From the human T2T-CHM13v2.0 reference genome, Homo sapiens: a DNA stretch of 64,000 bases. Both the position numbers and the translations under genes were made by a program. This document shows positions 41,620-54,290 of the stretch, in pieces. The notes beneath the pieces are model-generated. The model was given only the letters and a program-made list of their open reading frames with translations, made no database searches and was not told the origin of the DNA. Positions within the stretch are counted from its first letter, which is position 1, and every line of letters starts with the position of its first letter. The stretch is from the NCBI RefSeq assembly GCF_009914755.1, contig NC_060947.1. One strand, written 5' to 3'.

Positions 41620-42430
41620 CTGACCTCAGCGCACTCCCTTCTGTCCTGCCCCTTCTTCTGTATTTCACCAAAGAGCAGAAGTGTTTCCTCCACTCAGTTG
41701 CCCTGGGCTGGAAACCTCCGTGGTCTATAACTGCTTTCTCTTTCTCACTTTCCACAGTCAAGGGGTGGGGAGCCCTGTGGCTTCTGCCTTCTCAAGGTGT
41801 CTCAAATTTGTCCTCACTTCTCCACATGCCACCGCCATTACCAAGGCATCACTGTCTCCTCCCTGACTCACTACAGCTGGTTACAGCTGGCATCGTAGCA
41901 CCAGTCTCTCCCATACCCTTGCACTGTCCTGGTCCAACAAGCAAATCAGATCGTGTCTTTCTTTATTTCAAAACCTGAACTGGCCTGGCATCGGTCTACG
42001 GATGAAGTCTAATATCTTTAGCAGAGCTTGTAAAAGTCTTTATCATCTGGCCCCAACCTACTTCTGCAGCTTCTCCCAATCCATCCACTCTGATTGCAGC
42101 AGTGGCCACCCCCAAACAATATACAGATGCTCTGCTCCGTGTCTCACACAGGTTCTTCTTTCAGTTCTCTTTTTCCTCCTCTCCCATGTTAGTCTGTCTT
42201 GCGAGACCCAGTCTGAACATCACTTCCTCTAGAAACGCTCACCAGTCCTCCAAAAATCAGTGTAGTCATTGCATTTTCTATGTTCCTTTGACATTTCACA
42301 GATTTTTACAAATACAGCATAGTATTATACTTACTTAAATAAAATCATACATCCTACTTCTGAAGGACACTTGTACCCCTGGCTAAAAGTGATGACCATA
42401 TAGTAAACACTCAATGGCTATTTGTTTAAG
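41620..42430 (+). mobile_element. L2 3' fragment
   Basis: ggatgaagtctaatatctttagcagagcttgtaaaagtctttatcatctggcccc...tagtaaacactcaatggctatttgtt. Confidence 0.6.
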
Positions 42431-43069
42431 TTCAAATTCAGCTAACTTGTGAAATATCCCTAGTAAGTGCCAGATACCATGTTGGAGAATGAGGCTCAAT
42501 ATCAACTCTGTAGCCTTGGAGTAAAACCTAAAGTAGTAGATGCTTAAGGATACAATGAGTCACCTTCATCATGGCAGTTTAAATAAGGAGAAGCCTGTCC
42601 GGTACTCACTGTATGTAGCTTGTATCCCCAGGCTTTTACCGTCTCCACACAGCAGAGTACTTCTTGCTTTATGGATAAGCTCCCTACCCTTATGGAAGAA
42701 ACCAAAATGGAAGCAGCTGGAAAGAAGGAAATAGGAAACAGCCCAAGATAGCCCATACCTCAGTCCCAAGATAACCACTTCAGAAAAGTAGGCTGCAGTT
42801 TTTGGCTTCTGGCGGGAGAAGGTCACCTGTGGCAAAATAACAGGAGTCTGCTATTTGCGAGGGGTCACCCTGCCCTGGGCTGGTTTCCTTACATGTATCC
42901 ATATCTTTTGGCAATCTTGCTCTGTCATGATAGTTTATATGCAGATTGGGAATTTTCACTTGACTGTTTTGCCTGTGAAGTCTACCACTCACCAACATTT
43001 GCTTTATTTTTTTCAAACTAAACAATTTATTAATTATTAGATGTTGAGTAATTTATTTTATTATTATTA

Positions 43070-43230
43070 TAGTTAGTATTTATTGACTGCTTACTATGTG
43101 TCAGGTACTGCTTAAGCATATAGCATACAATATCTCAATACTCACAATCTTAGAGGAATTACTGTTATTAGCATCTTATTAGAGGTAAGGAAATACTAAG
43201 TGAGATGTGCAAGGCTAGTCCTGAGCTCAC
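43070..43230 (-). mobile_element. MIR SINE
   Basis: tttattgactgcttactatgtgtcaggtactg...ctcacaatc. Confidence 0.7.
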
Positions 43231-44984
43231 TTGGATGGGGTCATGATGAACAGTTCTGTGCCCAGATGCTAATAACACTTCCTTGAGGTTATCATGACAG
43301 CTCTTAGATAGCAAGTCTATTCCTTATACTTGGGTCATGTGTTGCCTACCTTCTGATAAGCTTAAGAAATGTGGCTATTGCTCAAAGAGCTTATTCATTA
43401 TAAAATCTTAGTTTGAAAAAAGTGTTTAAGAAGACCCCAACTCTCATATCATTAAGAATATTTAAAAATTTATAACCAGTTATTCTTATTTTCCAGGTAG
43501 GCTTTTTGGAATAATGCAATACATATAATGCAATAAAGCTACACAAACTCAAATTTTCCATCACAACTTATAATTTAATATTATCACATACAGCCATTGG
43601 ACACTTATGTGCAAAGACCAAGCATTCAGTATGGTTGCAAGATGGTCATTGCCAGTGATACTGGCAATGAACATGCATTTTGGTTAAAGGTCTTCAAATA
43701 GCCCCAATACAATAAACTGGAGGATGTTAGGGAAGGGGAGAGGTTACAGGACCTCTGTGTGGGAGAGATGCAACTTTCTCCACAAACAGCATTTGTTGGA
43801 ATCAGCCCACTGCCAAGGACTAAGGTACCACAAACATGTCAACTCTATGTAAAGAATTTCAGCATTGTTACTCAATGCTAACAGTTAAATGTTTATTCAG
43901 AAAGAATCTTTAAAGGGGATAAAATCTGAATGTACTATTTATATTAAAAATTGAAGTAAGATCTTTTCCCACAAGCCTTAAATAAAGAAATAAGATGAAA
44001 TTTTGATTTTAGTCACATCAGATAACATAGATGGAGAGTAAAATTAATCAGTTATAATAATGATGACCTTAATTGAGATTTAATTGGAAATAAAAATGAT
44101 AGGTTTGGTTTATTCTTTTTCATTAGTCTTTTTAATTAGGAGATAAATGTGCTTATTGTAATAGTAAATTCAGAATATGGAGCAATTGATAAATTATAAG
44201 TTTATAGTATATTTGATGACTATGAAAGTGTGGGTCTATATGTACTAAACTGATATCTCATTTTAACTAGTATTCCATGGGTGTATTAAATTATAATCAC
44301 TAGAGAAACATTATTTAGGCCTTTAATTGGTATTTTCTTCCTCTTTATTACTTGGGTGAATAGAAATAACCCAAAATAAGAAGAGTTTAAAAAGGGAAAA
44401 CAAAAGAGAAGAAATTTGTAAATTGTAAGTTAGGCTGATAGTGGCAATATGAAAGGAAACCAAAAAGATCGATCCTTGGATAGGCCAAAATGCTGTGCTA
44501 ACTATAGAGGAAAACAGATATTTAGAAAGAGAAAAAACTCAAGTCAAAGTAAAACTTTATTTTGCACAAGCAGTGGAAAAGGTTACAAGCTAAATCTGTA
44601 TTATGTTCAACATAAGATGGACGTGTCCAAGTTGAGAACTCTTCAAGGTAGACTGTACAGTCCTGAGCTGAGAAGCTGCTACACAGCAGTCAAGACTGAA
44701 CTTGATCACTGTCATCTAGGCAATTAGAGAGAAAACTCACTTCACCTCCAACTAGGAGGTTTTCCTCGGAATATGACATGATTTATTTATTTATATATTT
44801 ATTTTTATTGTAAACAATAAAAGTAATGATGCCAACTTACCAAGGTGTCAGTACTAAATATTATCTCTAATATACTAAGTCCCAAGTGGCTATTTCTGAT
44901 ACTGAGAAACTAAGAAGGAATTTGTGTTCTATTACCAAAAAGCCTTAGACAATTAAAGTGGCAACATGAGAGTAAAATAAGGTC

Positions 44985-45201
44985 TCTCAGTATCAGCACT
45001 ATTGACATTAGAGGCTTGATAATTCTCTTTTTGCTGGAGACTGTGTGTCCTGTACATTGCAGGATGTTTAGCAGCATCTCTGGCCTCTACACACTAGATG
45101 CTAGTTTCCTCCCCATTCCATAGCTGTGACAGTCAGAAACGTCTACAGACATTGCCTAATGTCCCCTGGGAGCAAAATCACTCATGGTTGAAAACCACTG
45201 C
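44985..45201 (-). mobile_element. MER20
   Basis: cagcactattgacatt...cattgcaggatgtttagcagcatctctggcctctacacactagatg...gttgaaaaccactg. Confidence 0.9.
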
Positions 45202-46241
45202 TTTATAGTAAGCCTGTAATATACAACCCACACCCTCCTTTTGGTCCCAAGATATTATAAGTAAGAAAATAAGCCAGGGACAAGGAGGTGTAGATTTCCT
45301 GTCACTGTTCCTTATCAACAGAGAAAGAGCAGCCTCCTCGCCTGCTTCAGCCCAGTGGAGCCATTTAAGGCAGCCCTTCCCGTCACTCATTCACTCACTT
45401 GAGGCAAAATCCACCCTGGAAAGATTTTTATTTTACAATCATATATAAAATATAGATGCCTGGTGCATGATTTTGAATTTTGACTTGATGCATGTCTTAT
45501 GAAATGAATCATTCATGATGAAGACATGATACAATCTGTTGTAGAACAATATGCCATAGAGAACCTCATTAATAGGGTGGCTATTGTAAAATATGAACAT
45601 TGCAGATCAGATCTTACTCTGCCATTTTACCAGTTAGTTGCAGCCCGCCGCAAGATTAGGGGTAGTGAAGATTGGAAATTTGGAAGCATGGTTGATAGAA
45701 AAAATTCTTTGTACATTCTGACTTAAATAGAACTCCTCAATAGGGAAACAGTTCTTATGAGGATTTTTCTTTGACTTTATGCAGAGAAGTAGCCTCAGAT
45801 GCACATTTAACTTACCTAAATTCAATTCTCTTCAGTGAAGGGTCAGGTAGATAGAGGACAGGGGAGAGGTGAGGATTTACATAGTCCCAGGAATCCTGCT
45901 GCCCAGGTTTCCACAGAGTTAGCCTGTGCCCACAGGCAGGGAGGTAGGCGAATTGGAAACATTTCTACAAGCTGCTGTAAAGCTCTGGTAAGAAAAGATG
46001 AATGACCCTCAAGCTTCCCCCACCACTGACAGAGAGAAGAGAAGCACATTCTCAGGTGACAGGCAAGTGGCTCCAGAGACATACTGACCAGGGAAGCATT
46101 AGAGGGAATCCTAAAATTGTCCCTAGATGGCAAAGGTGGTGACAGCCAAAAGTCAGATGTGGAAATCTTCATAAATGTGCTGAAGTGTCCTAGGCAGCAA
46201 AGCACTTAAATGATTTGATGATTAAATTCTTTCCATAATCC

Positions 46242-46402
46242 TTTTTTTTTTTTTCAGACAGAGTCTCACTTTGTCACCCAGGCTGGAGTGCAGTAGCACA
46301 ATCAGAGCTCTCTGCAGCCTCTAATCACTGAGCTGAGGCGATCCTCTTTCTTCAGCCTCCTTAGTAGCTGGGACTACAGGCATGTACCACCACAGCTGGC
46401 TA

Positions 46403-46445
<43 letters not shown>

Positions 46446-46560
46446 GAGACAGGGTCTCACTATGTTGCCTAGTCTGGTCTCAAACTCTTGGTCTCAAGCA
46501 GTCTTCCCACCTTGGCTTCCCAAAGTGCTGGGATTATAGGTTTGAGTCACCATGCCCAGC
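46242..46560 (-). mobile_element. AluJ with expanded linker poly-T
   Basis: Diverged antisense dimer; T38 at 46405-46442. Confidence 0.9.
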
Positions 46561-47994
46561 TTCCATAATTGTTTTTAGATTAATGTATATAAATTCCTGC
46601 ACAGGGTTGGCTACTCTAAAAAACTTTGACAGCCGTGTCTCATGGATAATTTCAAGAGAGTCCAAGAGTGACTAGATGCAAACTTAAGACCCTAACCACC
46701 ACCTTGGCTACATCTTCCCTTTATACTTTCACAGGAGATTTTGGTCGTTAATTTTAAAAACTTATGCTGTGCTTCAAAAAAAAAAAAAAACAAAACCCCC
46801 CAAAAGACTGACCCAGTAGACGTTAGCTAATAATGTGTCACTATGGTTTCTAAATTGACAGAGGCTATTTTTACAGAAATTATTTCCACAATCAGAAGTA
46901 CTGTACTGATTGCATTTCTTTGTCTCAAAAAGTTTTCCTTATGTTTCTCAAAGCAGTATTTACACTAATTATTCAATTCTTATCTTTCTTTCAGTTTTCT
47001 CCAATAGACTGTGAGATCTTTGAGGGCCAGGTTGACATGTCTCTGATACCTACACCCTATGCAGCTCCTAGTGCAGGACCTTGCAGTGACGAGCATTTAG
47101 GAAAGGAACAAAGAGTGAATATTCATTATGAGAACACAGGCCAAATGTAACCAGTGATCCTTTCCTATTAATTATTTTCTTTCTCTTATTAAACTCACAA
47201 AATTCAATGTCTTTTAAAGCACTGTTTTATTAAAATTAACCAAAAACTGAACTTCATCCAGCTAATTTACTTCCTTGTGATTTGCCAGATTCTCCCACTG
47301 CTTAAGTGATTAAGCAATTTGGAAAGTGAGTGTTTACTTCCCAAATGGAATTCCAGTAACCTAAAAAAGGCATGTCCTTAAGAACATGGCACAAGTAACA
47401 TTGGAAGTTTGAGTGAGAACAGCAGTTGACCCTTTGTTCCATTCAGTTTTCCAGGTAATTATTATGAAGTCACTGGGATTAGCACTACTGTGCCACTGGA
47501 AATAGTGGCAGAATCTTCCAATGCAACAGACTTCAAAGATGGGAGATATGATGCTTTCTCAAGACTTCCTGGAGGATCTGGCATTTTTAGATGAGTGTAG
47601 ATGGTGGATGTTTTCCATAGGCCCAAATGAGAATGTATTCAGAAGAAGGCATTCAGGGCCCAAGCCATGGCAAAAACAAAGGCCACCAAGTGGGAAAGCA
47701 AGTGTGGGGTGTGCTGGACTGGTGGTGAGAGATCTAATTTGGCTGAATGAACACAAATATGGAGGACAGGGATGGGTGATAAAGGCTGGATGATGACTGA
47801 AACTCAGTAGTGGAAACTTGACTGTTGGAACAAGGAGAGTAGTTTTACTCAGAAAGCCAGCAAGAAGCCATTGGAACTGTATATGCTGTGGAGGCACATA
47901 ACAGGAGTTATGCTGTGGAGATAATAATATGGTGGCTTGCACAAGAAGAAACAATGATAGGGAAGAGACTAGATGTCAGAGACTAATAAAAGGC

Positions 47995-48420
47995 CACTGC
48001 AGGCTTTATCCACCATAGCCCCAAACTGTAAACAACTTAAACATTCATCAGCAGTAAAATACATAAATACATTGTTGCATAGCATTTCATCATATGAGTA
48101 TAGCACAATGAAAAAGAATGCATCATTGCTCCATGTAACAACTTGGATGAATCTCAGAGACCAATGTTGAGCAAAAGAAATCCGACACAAATAATTCAAT
48201 ATATATGAAGTTCAAAAACAGGCAAAACTAGTCTATAGTGTTCGTCATCATAGTAGTGGTTGCCTCTGGGGAAGTATTGACTGGGAAGAAGCCTAAAGGG
48301 CCTTCTGAGGTGCTGGAAATAGTCTGTATACATGAGTGTATTCATATGTAAAAATTCATCGAACTGCATACTTCAGATCAGTACACTTTGCTGCATGTCT
48401 ATTGTCCTGCAATAAAAAAA
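47995..48420 (+). mobile_element. L1ME-like 3' end
   Basis: ctttatccaccatagccccaaactg...ggatgaatctcag...tgaagttcaaaaacaggcaaaact...caataaaaaa. Confidence 0.8.
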
Positions 48421-49043
48421 TAGGAGTAAAAATAATCAAAGAAAGCTATTGCAATCATCTTGTGGAAGGGAAGGGGCCTTCACTAAGGACCAATGAGCAT
48501 AAGCAGGAGACAAATGTCACACAGCACACATGAGGCAGACCGAGGGTTATGAGGACTTGGCAAGCGTTTGGATGAGGAGTCAGTGGAGGGAGAGGAGTAA
48601 GAGAGGGCTCTGAGATGACAAGTGCAGGTAAAGTGTAGAGATGTGTGGGTATGTGTTTGCGTGTAGCTATGGTAACTAAAGGGCTGGGATGATCACAGTA
48701 TGTTGGGCACCATATATTTGGAATGACCATTTGATTTTCAGGGACATCACAACCTTGACAGAATTACCTCAGCTGTGAGGTCCTAGCATATTCCAGCATG
48801 CTCCTGCTCCCTTTGTTCCCAGCTACAGAAATACAAGAACTCACGGGCTGTACTTCCCATTTCACAATCCTCTGGCATCTCATTAACATCCACCTTGTAT
48901 TCTACACAGATCCACTCTTCACTCTGAGAGAGTTAAATAAATACATTCTCACCAAGGTCATTGCAGAGCTTACATAGAAACCATCCTATATCCTGAAGAT
49001 CCTGCAGTATGCAGTTTTAGGAAGCTTGTTTTTGTCTTTTCAG

Positions 49044-49056
49044 GGTCATTATGACC
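49044..49056. promoter_or_regulatory. Perfect estrogen response element motif GGTCAttaTGACC
   Basis: Exact match to GGTCAnnnTGACC; function not shown. Confidence 0.45.
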
Positions 49057-49696
49057 AAAGAATTTTGATGCTTGGTAGCTAATTTTCAAAGGTTACTTGG
49101 ATTCTGTTACTGCGACCACACAGAGAGATCAGGAGGATGTACTTCCCTTGCCTATCTTTTCATTTCTATGTGTATATCTGGGCTCTGGAGAAGTGGACTT
49201 TGGACTTGTCTTCCCTGCTGTGCTCCGGGCTTGTGCATTTGAATTGAATGGTATAATAAGCTCTTGAAGGAGCGGGTGTGCTGGCAGCAGTTTGGAGTTT
49301 CCTGATGAAGCGTGCCACAACAGACACTGTAGGGGGGTGGATGACAGAGACCAGGCTTTCACAGAAAGGCAACAGGCTGTCCCAGAGACAATTGGGAACA
49401 ATGTGCACTCTTCAGAGCAGTGCCCTGTTCCTGGCTTACCAAGGCAGGGAAGGTGGCCCAGGAGCCATATTGGCATTTGCTAAGGAAAAAAAAATGGGGG
49501 ATGGCTTAATTATATGAACATAAATGTTTTGTTTTAATAAAAATCTTGACCAAATAACTGCCCAGCCAACTCCAGGGAGCCAGCGTGGCATGCGCCAAAT
49601 GTCGAAAGGGCTTTTCTTCCCCTGGCAGTTCAACATTTGTGTGTAGAAGCTAGAAATATTTTACTTATGGCTGAGATATTCCCTCCCTGGATTTCT

Positions 49697-49922
49697 TCTA
49701 GAGTAAACTTTTTCTGGAAAGGACTACGGAGTAAATATGTCAAGCTTTGCGGGCTATATAATCCTTGTTGCAGCTACTCAACTCTGCTGTTATTGCATGA
49801 CATATGCCATTGACAATATATAAACAAGTGAATATGGCTGGGTTCCAATACACCTTTATTTACCAAAACAGGTGGCTGTGGAATTTTGCCCAGGGGCTAT
49901 AGTTTGCCAACCCTTGCTCCAG
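49697..49922 (-). mobile_element. MER58A
   Basis: gttgcagctactcaactctgctg...ggctgggttccaata..ctttatttaccaaaacagg..tagtttgccaacccttg. Confidence 0.85.
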
Positions 49923-50716
49923 AGGCCCTTGCATGCTCACAGCCAAGTTCTGTTTGTCTTTGTGGGATTTGTCTACATGTAACTGTCTCTGAGAGACACT
50001 TAGTCATTTTCACTGTGCAGACGTTAAAATTTAAACCACTGATAGTGATTAAAAAAATAAAAAAAAAGTCTTATGGTCTGTCTTCTTGCCTCTTAGGTGA
50101 GTGGCACCAAATTACTTAAAAATCTTTGAACTTGTGTTTGCAGTACTTAATAGTAATTCATGTTGTTTATGAAGTGAGAAATTGGTATATAAAAATAAGC
50201 TGATTTGATCATTTGGTCGTTTACTAAGCTGCATACACAGTGATGCATCTTAGTGATGCAGACTTCTGCACAGTGATGCAGAAGATGGCACAGGCCATCT
50301 TCTTGACTAACCATTGTATACCTAACTCCTAGTCATAGGTGCACAGTAAATATTTGTTCAATGAATTAAGGAATGGAACACGCAGATACTATAGCCTAAT
50401 ATCTGACAGTATCTATTTTGGAAACAAATTACTGTGGTACACTTGCAGTGTACAAAACGCGGTGTCCTCTTACATGATACCTTGGATCAGCATTCAGGCA
50501 GCGCATCCTTGCATTGTGTCCTGGTGTTGCAGATTTGCTCTGCTCTGTTGACACAGTCTTCCCGATCCCCTTGGTGTGAGAGTTGCTGATTGAATCACAA
50601 CGGACATCTGTGCTTGTGCAGGAGCAAAGCTAACAGGTCCCCACAGATTGGATTCTACTCATTTGTGTTCTGAGCACTGCCCTTCTAGCCTATTCTCAGT
50701 GAAAATGAAAGGAAAC

Positions 50717-51168
50717 TTTCATGCACGTCCGTGTGAAGAGACCACCGAACAGGCTTTGTGTGAGCAATAAAGCTTTTAATCACCTGGGTGCAGGCGGGTT
50801 GAGTCTGAAAAGAGAGTCAGCGAAGGGAGATAGGGGTGGAGCCGTTTTATAGGATTTGGGTAGGTAAAGGAAAATTACAGTCAAAGGGGGTTTGTTATCT
50901 GGTGGGCAGGAGTGGGGGGTCGCAAGGTGCTCAGTGGGGGAGCTTTTTGAGCCAGGATGAGCCAGGAAAAGGACTTTCACAAGGTAATGTCATCACTTAA
51001 GGCAAGGACCGGCCATTTTCACTTCTTTTGTGGTGGAATGTCATCAGTTAAGGTGGGGCAGGGCATATTCACTTCTTTTGTGATTCTTCAGTTACTTCAG
51101 GCCATCTGGGCGTATACGTGCAAGTCACAGGGGATGCGATGGCTTGGCTTGGGCTCAGAGGCCTGACA
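50717..51168 (-). mobile_element. Solo LTR7 (HERV-H), complete, 452 bp
   Basis: Reverse complement starts TGTCAGGCCTCTGAGCCCAAGCCAAGCCATCGCATCCCCTGTGAC and ends ACGGACGTGCATGAAA; TSD GAAAC at 50712-50716 and 51169-51173; TATAAAA (-) at 50845-50851; ATTAAA (-) at 50775-50780. Confidence 0.96.
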
Positions 51169-51619
51169 GAAACCATTAAAATAAAATTCAGAAACCATCA
51201 GCAACCCAGTTTCTCAACTTGCCTTCAGTAAATAAATATCATTGTCATAAATCAGTAGTTTTTCTTGAGGTATATCCAGCATAAAATAGCATTCATATTC
51301 ATAGGGAATGTATTCATATGGAGCAAAAAAGGAGCAATTCTTGATGAAGCTTTGTTATCCCCAATCCAATGCAGCCAGGTTAACTTAATTTGAGAAGCTG
51401 ATCATAATGGGTAACTATTTTCAATTAGGGCAGTACCCTAATATCAGAAATCTTTATCTGCTCAGCAGGCAAGAAAATCAATGATTAAATTTTCCACCCT
51501 ATTTCTGCTGGTAGGTGGATGTTCCTCTCTAGATTTCTTGATGCTTTATTTATCCTTGAACTTTCTTTCTGTTGCCTTGAATTTTATATGTCTCATACAA
51601 ACAGCATAAAGTTGGAATT

Positions 51620-53230
<1,611 letters not shown>

Positions 53231-53569
53231 CTCCATTACTTTTTGTACTTTCCTGTTCTTTGTAGATTTAAGGTGATGTTTTTGTTTGTTTCCACTTGTT
53301 CAGTTGTTTTCACACAGAAGGCTGTCACAAATAAACTTCTTATTACTGGAAACTGAATGCCCTTGTTTATGCATTCCTTTTTTCTTTCTGGAAGACAGCA
53401 TCCTAAGGTCCTTGATTTTATCAGCTTAATTACAGACCACTTACAATTATAAATGACTTCTTTTAAGAGACCAAGTGCTTTCTTATGGTGGGATTCCTCT
53501 GCAAATTGACACCATCCCTGCCCTCACTACAGAGTAGAATATTGGGGTCAAGAAACCATCAGTAATAAT

Positions 53570-54290
53570 TGAGTACGCACCCATGCTGCAATGAGAGGAC
53601 AAAAGGAGGGAGCCCAGTGCCTTGGCAGAGGATGTCAGGGAAGACTATGGGGGAGCGATGGATGGAGAATGAGGGAGATCATCCAGTAGACCATGTCTCA
53701 AAAGAAGGAGGAAAAACAAGGTCCTGAAAGTGCTTATATTTCATTAGGGAGGTGGAGAAAAAAGGGACAAAAAAGTGACTGAGAAGTAATAATTAACAAT
53801 CAGAAAGACACTAGAGTTCATCCTGGGAGCCACGGAGGGACAAGTTTCAAACTTGAGAAGATGAAGACTGCAGCAGGCAGTTTGGTAGTCATTAGTGATC
53901 TTTGTGTCATTAGTGATTAGGAGGTAGAAGTCAGGACTCTGGAGTCAGGGGTAGTGACAAAATGTAGGGTTTGTAGATTTAGGGATGGAATCATGGGATA
54001 GCACCTTGAGGAGATTGCAGTAGGTGTTGGCAAACTGTGGCCTGCAAGCCAGATCTAGCCCACTACCTGTTTTGCAAAGTGGGGAATAGAAAGGAAAAGG
54101 CTGATGGTCACAGTGGAAAAGTGGCTAATTGATGAGGCTAGCTCTCAAGGAGATGAGATCTGGAAAGCTGGTGGAACAATCAACTTTCAAGGGGTTAGGA
54201 CTTGCTCTGAATCAACAGATAGGAGGAATGAGCAAATGGATAAATCTACCAAAACTTTGAATTTTGAGAGGGAGCTCAAGATCAAAGTTT
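53570..54290 (-). mobile_element. L2 fragments with a short MER58 piece (~54020-54078)
   Basis: Purine-rich antisense L2 motifs; gttggcaaactgtggcctgcaagccagatctagcccactacctgttttg. Confidence 0.5.

Noticed and set aside
41520-41978. 152-aa ORFs here and at 18722-19180
   Set aside because: They overlap degenerate repeat-like sequence, have no recognisable domain, and ORFs of this length arise by chance.
49585-49600. TGGC-atgc-GCCAA as a full NFI site
   Set aside because: The spacer is 4 nt rather than the canonical 5.
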